Assembly (NCBI GenBank): GCA_013239625.1
Contig: MU053881.1
Coordinates: 10,592,873-10,656,872 of the forward strand
Direction of reading: 5' to 3'
DNA length: 64,000 nucleotides
From: Lama guanicoe
Lineage: Eukaryota
Shown: piece after piece, positions 51,603 through 64,000 of the stretch
Layout of the letters: the number at the start of each line of letters is the position of its first letter
Numbering within the stretch: the first letter of the stretch is position 1
Translations under genes and position numbers: made by a program
The notes under the pieces: generated by a model
What the model was told of the DNA's origin: nothing
The model's input: only the letters and a program-made list of their open reading frames with translations
Database searches by the model: none

Positions 51603-51915
51603 AGAGCAGCACTGTCCAACAGAAGTATAATGCAAACTACATTTGTAATTGCACATTTTCTAATTGTCACATGAACAAAAACAAATAGGTAAAACAGCTT
51701 TACAAATACATTTTATTTAACTCAGTATATCCAAAATATTATCAGTTCAACATGTAATTAATATAAAAATTATTCATGAGATGTTTTACTTTTTTGTACT
51801 GTTAAAAATCCAATGTATTTTTTAATACTAACTTCATATCTAAATTTGAACTAAGCCACATTTGAAGTGTTTGATAGCCCATGTAGCTACTGGCTACCAT
51901 ATGCGACAGTGCCAT
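51603..51915. mobile_element. MER33 (hAT-Charlie)
   Basis: GCACTGTCCAACAGAAGTATAATGC...TATATCCAAAATATTATCAGTTCAACATGTAAT...GCCACATTTGAAGTG...TGGCTACCATATGCGACAGTGC. Confidence 0.85.
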
Positions 51916-54165
51916 TCTAGAGAAGAATTACTGTAACTATAGTTAAAATTTGTACACAAGAGATTAAAAGTGGTGAAGAACAGGGGGTAGTCAACTATTA
52001 AAGAATTGGAGACTCTGTTTCATAGCAGGAGCTCTTAACAAATAAGGATCAAGGGGATATATAGCTCTGATATTAAAGAAGTAACCATTTTACCGTAAGG
52101 GAAAAAAAAAAGTAAAAGTGAAAGAATATGTCTAGAGAAAAACGTAACTGAGAAGGACTTCAATTTTTGATGATAGACTAGCATAAAAGCATCTGAAATA
52201 GCTTACCACTAAAATAACAATTAGATCCTGGCAAAAAGGAAACACATAGCACTGTATGTGTAGTTCAGGATACAAATAATAAGGGAACTCTCCAATTGTG
52301 ATTCATACCCACCTCTACCAAAAGTAAAAACACCCATCGGGAACCAGAGCTGAAATCACAGCAGAGAGCTAAGCAAAAGAAAGCTCAAATCGCACAGACG
52401 CCAATACAAATGTAGCCATTGGTTTCTGGAGGGAAATCTTAAGGAATCCACAACATGGGGGATCCACACCTGAGCTTCCAACGTCAACAGGGGACCTTAT
52501 ACCCGGGCTAAAGTGACCATATGTTAGTAGATTGATAGTATCTGCTAATTTCTGGCAAAAGAAAATCCTCTTTTCAAAGGAAAATACTGTGTTTTTAGAT
52601 CCGAAGGATTTCTACAGGTTAAAAATCACACACACACAAAAAAAATACAAAGAGAAATCTTCAAAATCCAGACACAAATGTGCACATACACACACAAGCC
52701 CCATATTAAAAATAAAGCTAAAGAGAAACAAAAAACTCCACCAAATTTATACTACCATGAACTTTACATATTGATGAGATCAAATAGCAAGTACTATTTT
52801 GTCTGATGTACATAAATAAAGCAATAAATGATTATCATTAGTGATCATACAGATTTGAAAAAGAACAAATTATGTATTTTAGAAATTTAAAACTATTTTT
52901 GTTGAAACTGAAAGTTAAAGGACAGATTTAATAGCTATATAAATAATGCTGGGGAAAAAAATCAGTGAGTCTGAGGATATATGAAAAGGAATTACTATTG
53001 AATTCATACAGAGACTTGAATTGAGAAATACAAAATAGTGATCAAGTTTTAGTCAAAATAAGAAGATAAATAAAATATCTCTATAACCAAAACATTTTAA
53101 ATATGTAAGCATCTTGGGTGAAAAAAAGAACAAATAATACATATGCTAAAATATATAGTGTTTAATAATAAAGAAAACTTTTATATCAGAATTTTGGAAT
53201 GCAGTGAAAAGTGATACTGAGACAAATATGTAACTCGAGTTATTTTACTATAAACAAAAGAAGGATAAATTTAAAGACTAATTACCGAATTTATGTTAGA
53301 AAAAAACAGATGAACAGAAAAACACCATGGTATAAAGAAAATATAACAGCAAAGTTTATGAAATTGAAACAAGCATACAATAGATGATCAACAATACCTA
53401 AAATTAGTTATTTAAAAATACTGACCAAGGGAAAAAGAACAATAGACAAGTTGAGGAATTAAAATGTAGATCAGAGTATAACTACTTCAGATACTTAGAA
53501 TGATAATAATATTTGAACAATTTAATGCCAATAAATATGAAAACTCAGATGAAGTATGACATTTCATAGAAACATAACTGTCCAAAATTAGACGTTGAAA
53601 AAAATACTAAACATACACAATTATCTTAGAATCACCTTTAAAAAAAAAAAAGGAAACAGTTATTTAAAAATCTGCCAAGAAGAAAAACCAAGACCAATCG
53701 TTTATACAGATGAATTCTATGAATATTTGAAGAAATCAATCATCCCAATTTCATCTAAGCTCTTTGAAAGAACAGGAAAAAAAATGCCGAACTTGCTCTA
53801 TGGTCAGCATATTCTTAATTCCAAAATTAGACAATGACAAGATAAGAAAGAAAATTATAATTTAAAATCACTGATGGACACGAATGCAAGAATCTTTATG
53901 AAAAGAGTAGATAGTCAAAGGGAACATTATATAAAAAAATTAGATATCACACCAAGTTAGATTTGTCCTAAAAATGCAAGGGTGGTTTTAAACGAGAAAT
54001 TTTATCAATGAAATGTATTCTGTTAATGAATTAAATGAGAAAATAATATAATCATCTTCATAGGTACTAAGTAAACATTTGAAAATTCAATTTAAATTCA
54101 TGATTAAAACTATTAGTAAGCTAAGCAGAAAAGGTCATCTCTTCAACTTGATAAAAAAAAGTATC

Positions 54166-55215
54166 TGTGGTATAATTAAATATATATATACACATAGATA
54201 TATATATATATGTATTTCTGGGAGGAAATTCCAACACAACATGGAAAACACGAGGACATAGCATCACGTTATGCTACGTGAAATAAGCCAGTCATAAAAA
54301 GACAAATACTTTATGATTCTCCCAAATGAGGTATCTAGAGTAGTCAAATTTATAGGGACAGAAAGTAGAATGGTGACTGCCAGGGACTAGGGGAGAGGAA
54401 TGAGGAAATTGTAGCTTAATGGGTATTTAGTTTCAGTTTCGCAAGTTGAAAAGAGGTCTGGAGATCAGTTGCACAACAGTGTGAGTGTAGTAAATGCTAC
54501 TGAATTATACACTTAAAAATGACTAAGGTATAATCTGTCCCGAGTTACAAAGCTTTAAAACTCTTGGAATTTCATGAGCGATATGAGTTTTTTTGTTATA
54601 TTAGTGAGATAAATCGTGCTGGGGACTCCGGGTAGCACTGATTGCCTAAAAACTCAGTCACATGATTGTAGGGCTGATACATTCCTGGGAGGGGTAAGGA
54701 CAGGAGACCGAGTTCAATCATGTCACCAATAATTTAACCAATGGTGCTTACATAATAAAACTTTAATAAAAATTCTAGCTCTCTAGAGACCTTCTGGTTG
54801 GTGACGATATCGATGAACCAGGAGGATGATGCAACCTGCCTCCACAGGGTCACAGGTTCCTGTGCTTGGGATCCATCCAGATCTTGCTCCATGTATCTCT
54901 TTCTCTGGTTGTTCATTTGTATCCCTCTTAATAAAAATTTAACTGTAAGTTTAGTGCTTTCCTGAGTTCTGTGCGTTGCCTAGCAATTATGGAAACTAAG
55001 CCAGATATGGAAAGTCACAAATCTGTAGCCAGCCAGGCAGAAGTAGGGGTAGCCTGCGGAACCCACCTTGGTTGGCATTTGAAGGAAAAATCTCCTTGAT
55101 GGGGAACTTGTTCTTTAACTTGTGGGATCTGGTGATAACTCTGGCTAGTTATTGTCAAAACTGGGTCAAATGTAGAACACCCAGGTAGTATCAGAGAACT
55201 GATACTGGAATAGAA
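54166..55215 (+). mobile_element. MER21-family LTR nested in the L1
   Basis: AAAACTCTTGGAATTTC...GAGTTCAATCA...TTCTGGTTGGTGA...GTTCATTTGTATCC...TTTCCTGAGTTCTGTG; host L1 breaks at ~54165 and resumes at ~55220. Confidence 0.75.
54240..54530 (+). mobile_element. L1MB-like 3' end nested in MER21
   Basis: TTATGCTACGTGAAATAAGCCAGTCATAAAAAGACAAATAC...GAAAGTAGAATGGTGACTGCCAGGG...TACACTTAAAAATG. Confidence 0.8.
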
Positions 55216-55702
55216 TACCCACAAAAAATCTACAGCAAACACCTTTGTAATGGTGAAATTTTTAAAATATTTCCTTTTGAATCAGAGACAAAACATAACT
55301 CACTAGTTCTATTAAACATGTTCCAAATTGAATAATCAGCATGGAATAAGAAAAAATGTGGATTACAAAGAAACAATAGACTCATCCCATAGATAATACA
55401 AATATACGGACAGAAAATCCAAAATAAAATATAAATTATTATAATTAGAGCTTAGTAAAATAGCCTATACAAAACCAATATATAAGCATTAATTTAACTG
55501 TTTTTAATAGAAATATCAATATATATTAAATATCTACAAAACCAAATGAAAAGACACAACATGTTCATGAATCAGAAAACTCACTATTATGTAGATATCA
55601 AATTTCCACAATCATTTTATAGATTCTGTATAATTCAATTAAAATATCACAGTATTTTTTTTAAAAGAAATTGACAGTCTGTTTCTAAAATTTACATGGA
55701 AG

Positions 55703-56300
55703 TCACGGTAGGCAGAATTTTAAAGATACCACTCCAACTTTCCCTACTCCAATTCCTAGGACTAGAAATATGATGAGATATCATGCCTGCAATTACATTA
55801 CATGGCAAAAAGTATTTTGCAGCTGTAATTAAGGTTACTAATCAGTTAATTTCAAGTTAATCAAAAAGGAGGATATAATGTAACAACATGAGACGTCTTA
55901 AAAGTGGATAGTTTTTCCTGGCAGGCAGCACAAGAGGAAAGCAGAGATTTGAAGCAGGGGTGGACCGACACTCTGTTGCCGACTTGAAATTGGAGAGGTT
56001 CACGTGGGGAAACCTGAGAACAACCGTTAAGAGCTAAGATTAACCTCCAGAACACAACTGGTAAAGAAATTGGAATCCGTGCCACATAAACACAAGGAAG
56101 TGAATTCCAGCAACAAGTATAAGCAGGGAGGTAGGTTTTCCTCCCAGAGACTACAGATAAGTACTCAGCCTGGCTGAGCCCTTGATTTCAGCCTTAAGCA
56201 GGGAACTCACTCATGCTATGCTGGACTCCTGAACAACTGTGAGCTAATGAATGTGCTGTTTCAAGACAATAGCTTTCTATGCAACAAGGTAAAACTGCTT
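55703..56300 (+). mobile_element. MaLR LTR (MLT1D/E-like) nested in the L1
   Basis: GGTAGGCAGAATTTTAAAGAT...ACATGGCAAAAAGTATTTTGCAGCTGTAATTAAGGTTACTAATCAG...CCTTGATTTCAGCCT. Confidence 0.8.
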
Positions 56301-57599
56301 TAAAAAGCAATGGCTCAGAACTCTGTAAGACACTTCAGAATAAAAGGAATACAATGAGACTGGACTAGCCATACCAGAAATCAAGATAATTATAAAGCTA
56401 TCATCATTAAGAGAGTGTGATCATGCTATTATTAGGACTTAAGAGAATCCTTAGGAACTGACATTTCGGTATTTTGAGTTCACTTTACATTCCAGGTGAT
56501 AATGTATATCACTAAGGAAGGAGAATCTATTCAGTAAGTAGTATAGGAACTCTTGTGTATATGTATTGGAAAAATAAAAAGAAATTAGATCCAATCTTCC
56601 TATTTTGCAGAGAAATCAACCCTAGATAAACAAAAATTCTAAATGCTAAAAGTCAAAACTGTAAAACTTAACCAAGAAAATGAAGAGTATATTTATGACA
56701 TCAGAGAAAGAAAGGAGTTCTCAAAGCCCACAAAACACCATAAAAATAGATATAAAGCAATCATGGTAAAACAACAACACAAAACAAAGCAAAACATAAA
56801 AACTACAGCAACAAACCACTTATTCCTCAAAATGTTCCTTAATTGAAAAGAAGGAAAGCTATAAATGTCAGCATATATTTGCAAAGGGTAACTGAAGAAC
56901 TATTTGTATTCAAAAAAACAAATTTCAAAATCAGCAAGACACATTCAGCAATTTTTTTAAAGAAATAAGACAGATTTTTTAAAAGAGAGAAAAAAATGAC
57001 GAAAATTAGATTACTCAACTATAATAAAGAAAACAAAATTAAGATGAAAACAATGTCACTGTTGTTTTCACCCTTAAACCGTTCGCTTATGCTCAGAAAT
57101 CCAGAGATCACAAAAATTATCATCTAAATTTTATTATTATACTATTATTATAATATTTTAGCTTTATATTTACCAATTCTTTTGCCTATTAGATTCATGA
57201 AATTTAAGAAATATGACAATATCAAGTACTGGTTCAGTTGTGGGTCAACACAAACTCTTAATATAAATACTGGAGACGGGAGTAAAAATGGGTATTATCA
57301 TTTTGAAAAATAACAGAACATTATTTTTAAAATTTAAAGAGACTCATACTTTAGGGCCCAGCAATCTCATTATAAAATTATACTAGTGCCTCCCATGCAG
57401 CTGACTCCTGATACAACTTATTCTGCAACATCATCTCGCTGTTTTCCTTCAAAAGCTTTAAGCACAAGTATCTTCTTTCTGCCTCTGCTGATGTGGTTCT
57501 TTATCTCTTCTTCGCTCTTATTTTTTCTTTCCTTTTCTCCCCTCTCTCTATGCCCAGATCCTACATATACATTAAAGAAGTCTGAAGGGAAGTATTCAT

Positions 57600-57850
57600 T
57601 CATTCCTTATTTCATTTATTGAAAAAAAAATATTCATTTAGGAGCCACCATGTGCCAAACAGTTAAAGCACCACAGTGGACTAGATAAATATGCCTTCTA
57701 CCCTTGTGCCTCTTGCTATTCAAAAGGTGACATGGTGCTGGGTGTGGAGACAGACAATAAACAAGCCAAGCAAGTAAATTCAGATCATTCTCAGGGAGGA
57801 AAGTAAACAGAGTGACTTGGCCTGATAAAAAATAATTAGAAGACAAATAA
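57600..57850 (-). mobile_element. L2 3' end
   Basis: ATTCATTTAGGAGCCACCATGTGCCAAAC...GGAGACAGACAATAAACAAG. Confidence 0.65.
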
Positions 57851-58559
57851 TAAGTAGACATCTATATTAAAAACAACATGTCCCAAGGAGGAGACTGTTA
57901 GCATTTCTTTCCTTAATCTACTGAACTTCATGTGTGTACGTATATATATGTATATGTGCATGTGTGTATGTGCACATGTACAAATTCACACACAAGTACA
58001 CATATTCACACATATTTACCTCCTATTCATGACTCTAAGTTTCTGTACACCACAGCCCATGTTTGAGTCATCACTTAATCATCAACAGTATCCAAGTACC
58101 TTACTATGGTACTAGCTCAATAAAGGATGCAGTCATCATTGGCTACATACCTTTCTCTTGTATTACTAAAGTTCTACTGCTCCAGGTGAGCTTGGCTGGA
58201 CCACCTCTGCCTTCTATATCATCCTCTTCCCTGCACAGAAGCCTGATTTCCCCTGGTCTTCTTCTATACTGACTGATATGGAGGATGTGGACATTTTTTC
58301 TTAAGGAATCTCCGTGACGCCTACATAGAACTTGAGATTCTGAAGGCAGGTTATATATAAATCAAGATTGGGACCAGCAAATTCCAGGCAGAGGAAATAC
58401 ATAGAGATAACATCTTGTATCATTTATACTATTTTGTCAAACAATAGAAACATTTAAAAATGCTTAATGTAAAAATAAGTGAAATGTTTCTTTCTAATTA
58501 CAATCTTTGGTTCTAAGTAATTCTCCGAATTTCCAATCATTTACGCAGGAAATATTCTT

Positions 58560-59530
58560 ATATTTTTGAACCAAGAGTCTGTTTTCTATAAGAGTGTTAA
58601 GCTATTGTCGCATGGTAGTAAAACTGCTTTTCAGAAAGTTGATCCTAATATACACACACACCAGGTATCAATGAGCCTGCCTATGTTCTCCCAAAGCATA
58701 CAGGGAGGATTTCTGCTTTTAAAACTTCTTCTGGGCTGGAAAAAAATAAAATAAAAACAAAAAAGGGCCATTTTATGTTTTTTTTTAATTTCCTTTCCCT
58801 TATATTATGACTGAACTTGAATGAGTTTCATATGCTTACTATTCTTTTGTAGTTCTTATACTTTGAAATCTCTTTACTGTTGCTGACCATTAAAATAAAA
58901 AGATTTTAGTGTTTTTAAAATTCTTTACCTTGAACTTCTGTATTTTGGAAAAGTATTTCCCCAGTTTGGTATTTATCATTTTAATTTTGCTAATTAATGA
59001 CTTTTGATGTATAAACGTTTGTAAACTTTAATCCAAGTATGTTGATCTTACCCTTGGTGATCGCCTTGGTGATTTCATACTTCAAAAGTTTGTTTATGCT
59101 TAGAAGTCCATAGATCACAAAAAGTAATTATCCAAATTGTCATTTTATTCTTATAAGATTGAGCTTTACATTTACTCTGAATTGACTTTCCATTCATTTA
59201 TGATTTTAGCTTCTATGTTTCCTTGTTGAATTTATTTTGGTATATGAGACATGAGACATGAGAAATGAGACTCTAAATTGTTGTCCCTTTCTAAAGACAG
59301 ACAATATTTTTAACTCTATTAAGTAATCCTTCTTTTGTAAATGGTTTGTGATCTTTTCTTAATTCTACTCATATTGAATGCATATACATGCACCCACAAA
59401 TATATGTCTCTGTGTTTTCTATTTATTCTCATGTATCTGTTGAGATATTCTTGTGTGCCAGTGCTGTTTCATGTATTGTGTCTTTATAATATGTTCTAAT
59501 ATTTATAATATGTTTCAATATATTTAAAAT
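58560..59530 (-). mobile_element. Old L1ME-like fragment
   Basis: AACTGCTTTTCAGAAAGTTG...TGAATTTATTTTGGTATATG...GTGCCAGTGCTGTTTC. Confidence 0.65.
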
Positions 59531-60519
59531 GTATTTTAAATCATGTTTAGAGCCACCTAGGTTACATTTCTCTTTTACGCCACATTGGTTATTTTTTAGT
59601 GGCTGATTTTGAAGAAAGTTGGCATTTTAGATAATTTTGTCTTTTTTTTTTTTCACTTCTCTCCTCAACTAAGTCACCTGTTTATTTAATTATCATCATG
59701 AGGGATTACAAGCATTTTTAAAAGCCTTGAGACACCTTTTAAAATAATAATTAACTCATTATAAAATAACTGAAATAATATAGCCTGAAAAATAAATCTT
59801 TATCAAAGAGTCACTAAATTAAACTTCACTCTTCTCTAACTTCTACAACAATTTAATGTGTGACTTACGGATCTATGCCCATAAACAGGTGACTTGCAGC
59901 CTATGGTAAGTCTAGTAGTACCCTGGCATTCATGCCTAGAATGTTTTGAAAGCCACTGATTCACCAAGCTGCAACATTTTCCCAACATAATGACTGTCTA
60001 TATGTGTGAAGGGAGGATTAAAGAGAATTGAATATCCATTAAATAATATGGGGCCACAATTCTGGGAAAAGAGTCATTGCTTCACATTTAGACAATTCCT
60101 AGGAACAGGAGAGCATCAAGGGGGAAAAGGCATGGGCGGGGAATGAAACTGAGGAAAGGGAAGCGGGAAAGACAGAAAAATGACAGGTGAGCAGAGGTGA
60201 ATTGCAGAGGTGGGCATCTGAAAGCAACTGATGAGATGTCACCCCCAATGCTATCTGTGTCTTTCACAACTTCAGACATCTGTGCCCATCCAAGGAGGGG
60301 AAGAGAATTAGAAAACCAAGCTCAGGACCTTGTTACGTAGCTGTTTTATTCTAACAAGGGGTGCTTCATTTAAATATAATGCTGTTTGCTCTGTGCAAAA
60401 CTGAAACTGATACATTTGTAAAGGTTTCTTTGTACTGTTTCTAATCTATAATTTAACAGATTTGTTCCACCAGAACAAACATTTGCTGAATGTCATGGAA
60501 ATGGTTTTGAAAAGTATAA

Positions 60520-60720
60520 TGTCAGCAAGATCGTCTCGGAACACAACAGTTGAAAAAGGCAGCACCTGTATGCGGAAATACACAGACCCGCCCACAAAAT
60601 GGGCAACGTCTCAGAGACAGCGCCGCAGCCACGCTGGTATTCTTTCCAACACTTTCCTTTTTTTTTTTTTTTTTCCTGTCCTTAAGACATGCCCGCAAAC
60701 TCTCCTCATATTCTGCACAA
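60520..60720. promoter_or_regulatory. Small CpG-retaining segment with E-box, ETS and GC-box motifs (candidate enhancer/promoter)
   Basis: CACCTG, GCGGAAAT and CCCGCCC within ~30 bp; several CpGs in AT-rich surroundings; function inferred only. Confidence 0.3.
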
Positions 60721-63700
60721 GCAAGGGGCATTAATCACCCAAGTCTACATGCCCATTTGTCCAGAATTGTTGCCTATGAGCCATCCTTTGAATAAGTTAT
60801 ACTCCTGACCTTTCTGATCAATAAGATGAATGATAAAGGCAAAGGCTTGTGGTTTACAGCTTCGTAGAAGTTGCCATCTCCTCTGAGTAGTTAAAATAAA
60901 TAATTCCTTTAGTGTTATTCATTGCCTCCTGCAAGCGATATCTGTGTGTGTGTGCGTGAGAGCAAGATGTACTGTGTCTTCTTACCTTTGATGTTTGGTC
61001 TTGTTTGGGTGCTGCTCTTTTGACAAGCTTTCAAAAGCCCCCTACTATGAATGTCGAATTAAGTACCCTTATGAATATGCATGAACATAAACCTCATATA
61101 CTCATTTTGGTGGCTACTCACTGTGCTGGGTTGCCCTGGAAGCCATTCCAAATGGTTTTGATTTTGCGTCTGAGATTCCTAATGGTGGTAATTATCTGCT
61201 GCAGCCATGCAGTACCAAATACGATGCGTGTTAGAGATACTTTAAAAAATAATAATAAAAACGACTGAAGATGCTAATTCCCACATTTTAGTTCCTACAG
61301 GGCAATTAGCCTCTAGTAATGATGTTTATATTTATATGCAAATGTTTCAGGAAAAATGAATCTTAACAGAGACTTCATATCAATACCATTGGGAGACGAG
61401 AGAATTCCATCTGTCTGTAGAAAATGCCTGCCATTAGCTCTACATGTAGCCTATTTCTGTAATAGAAACTATTTAATCTTAAGTAATTCATTCTTCATTT
61501 TGTGTTATTTTCCCTTCCTTCTGTTCTTTTATTAAGACTCTTAACTAATGTACAGTATGTGTTGCTCTTCAGGGCTGACACAAAGGTGCCCTGCCACATT
61601 TTCTTCTGAGCATCGTCTGTCGTTTGAATTATTACCTCACATCCTAGCCATTCCTCATTTTGGGATAATAATTGAGGAGCACTTACTTGTTAATATCCTC
61701 TGTTTTAGCGATTGCTACAACATGAAAAGATGGAAATACAATGAAGAACCAAAGTTGTGCACTACAGCTGGAGATTTTGACTAGCTCCTGGCTTGTCCAT
61801 GTGGCAAGTGAAACTTATAGACTTTCCACGAACTCCCTGCTTAATTGGAGTTAGGGAGCAAGCTCAGTCTAGAGCCAGCTTCATAAAGCAACACGCTTTC
61901 TACTCCAAGACAATCTCTTAATACACAGGATCTTCTAATAACGGATCATTTTTTCCTGTTCTCCCTTTGTTTCCATCAGACATTTTAAACCATCAATCGG
62001 TAATTCAGTTACTGAGCTAAAGTCACTGGATAGACTGCTTGCTTAGCTTAGGTATGTTTTTCTGCCAAGGAATAAAGTGATATCCATTATTTCATTTAGG
62101 AAGTATTATTTGTCACATGTTTTAAAGACCAGTCAGGAAGAGTTTCGTTTTAGGTATCAGAAACAGAGTCTCTAAATCCACGACTACAGAAAACATAATT
62201 GTTAACCAAGTCTAGAACTCTAGAGGTCTACCCAATATTGTAAAAGCACTTAAGGTTTCAAATTTTGTTTAGAATAATGACAAGAGAAAAAAATGAAAAG
62301 AGCAGTATCACAAGAAAACTGTGTCATATTTATAGCACATTTATAGTAGAAATTTCTTTAAGAATAGTAACTTGTAAAGGCACAGTTAGAATTTGGTGAA
62401 TCTACTAAACCAAGTTCAGGTGTATGTTAATTACCCACAACTTTCCACAGTAAAAGGTGCACCCATTTGACATCTGTGTATACATTTTTCCCCTTTAACC
62501 TAGGGTAAACAAGTAAGGAAGCCACCCCAGAATTTCTAAACAAGAGCTAAAATGACACAAATGAACAAAATATTTCAAAACACAGATGCTCATTGTCACT
62601 GACAGTCAAAATCTGGAATGAAGGAGTCTGGGAAAGGGCGAAATTCAGCATCCTGCCAGTGGAAAAATCTCATTAGAATCTCTTGAGATTTATCTGTCAC
62701 TCTGACAGGATAATTTGATTTTAAATTCCATCACTGCTAGCCCTAATTTTTAAAATTAGATTGCAAAAAAGAAAAAGTGACTTCTTTTTCTCCCATATAA
62801 TGAATAATAGGATACTATGAATCAAAATCAAGGTTGCCATTAATCAGAAATTACAGGGAAAAGATCTGAAAAATTTTAGGGTTTGAGGGAAGCAGAAAAG
62901 GTTCCCTCCCTCACTCTCCCACCCCTCGTGGAACCAGAGTAAAGATCAGTTAAAAGAGATTCTTTATGAAGTTTAATTCGGAGCATCAGAAGTTTCTCAT
63001 CAGTGTAGAATTTCAAGACTTTCCTAAGCCGTCTGGTTTCCTTCAATAGAGCAACACTTATTCAACCCCACGCTGAGCCCATTTAGTGCAGTATTATCAT
63101 AATTCATTTCTCAATGAGAGTTTTTCAGGCCGTAGACAAAACATGGTAAAATGTCAAACACAGCCTTACTTTCAGGTGTTACAGTTGGTACCTACAGTCA
63201 CATAAATCTTATAAAAATCCAATCTCTTCTCTTCCCCTTTTTCAATAAAGGGGCAAATAAACAATTTAATGCCAGTGATGGATGCAAGTAATGCCACTTT
63301 CAGAAGCTGATCTACTTGAAGATCACTGCCTGCTTTTCCAGCTGTATTTCTGTAAAGCACCTTGGAATCCAGGTTTTCTCAGGCCCACAGTGATAATCAA
63401 ACTTCTGTCTTGACCAAAATGGAACAGAATGCCGTATCTTGAGAATTGCTTTTTTTTTTTTTTACATTTTCAGATAACACACTTCAAACACTTTCCAAAT
63501 ATTAACATTTCTAAAGAATGAAGACTTAATGTCAACCTGCTAGTTAGGGAATTGGGTTCGTGAAAGGTGAGCAGAAGTTTTCCATACAAAGTAAGAGAAG
63601 TCGGAGGTGACTCTCTTACAGCCTCGTCATAATTTAGCAGAACCAGCTCTGATTGGCTCACCTTCCAACAGAGTTCTCCCTGGTAACACACACTTTCTCT

Positions 63701-64000
63701 TTAGGGAGCTGTGTTTCTCATGCCCGGGACCTGTCACTCTTTTAAGTCCCATTTCCAAGTTCCTCCCTGCCACATATCTGCTTCTAGGTAAACGAATTAA
63801 GAGACAAACTATCTTCTGTCACTTATTAAAACATCACTGTACCTCCCTAGGAAACAGACCATGTAAGAAACAGCCTCTCCCTTAATTGAAACTTAGAACC
63901 AAATGCTTCATACAATTTAGTATTTTTACATTTTGAGACATCCTGGTTCTACTTTCTGAGAGACATCAAAATACTAAAAAAAATTAGCGTATTCACATTT

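Larger units (their letters stand above)
52160..57385 (+). mobile_element. Old L1ME/L1M5-like element hosting nested insertions
   Basis: ORF2-like ATGCCAATAAATATGAAAAC, AAAATGCAAGGGTGGTTT, CATGTTCATGAATCAGAAAACTC, CCCAGCAATCTCA in colinear order. Confidence 0.75.

Noticed and set aside
59243..59271. (ATGAGAC)x4 tandem repeat
   Set aside because: Ordinary slippage repeat inside an old L1
63128..63137. 5S rRNA 5' end on the minus strand (GTCTACGGCC)
   Set aside because: Only 10 nt match and similarity does not extend
1..64000. CRISPR array, operon or prokaryote-type system
   Set aside because: Mammalian repeat-rich DNA; no regularly spaced repeats or gene-dense coding structure

Overview
AT-rich mammalian non-coding DNA, intergenic or deep intronic. 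Two tRNA-derived Vic-1-type SINEs and young camelid-type L1 3' ends point to a camelid (Camelus/Vicugna/Lama). I found no host protein-coding gene. The only real protein-like ORF is the C-terminus of LINE-1 ORF2 (13998-14561) in a 5'-truncated L1; the other ORFs look like chance or antisense-to-repeat frames. Much of the window is interspersed repeat: L1, L2, MIR, MaLR/ERV LTRs and the DNA transposons MER20, MER2, MER5A, MER33 and MER53. Notable observations are a tailless 33-nt U2 snRNA retrocopy with a 16-bp target-site duplication inside MER20, a dense TCF/LEF site cluster at 22.7-23.6 kb, a ~230-bp multi-hairpin unique segment at 12.0-12.2 kb, an apparent locally templated insertion (57.1 kb vs 59.1 kb), and an L1 5' junction filled with copies of its own target site. 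Repeat names come from recalled consensus sequences and old-repeat boundaries are approximate. I cannot support a new biological system from the sequence alone.
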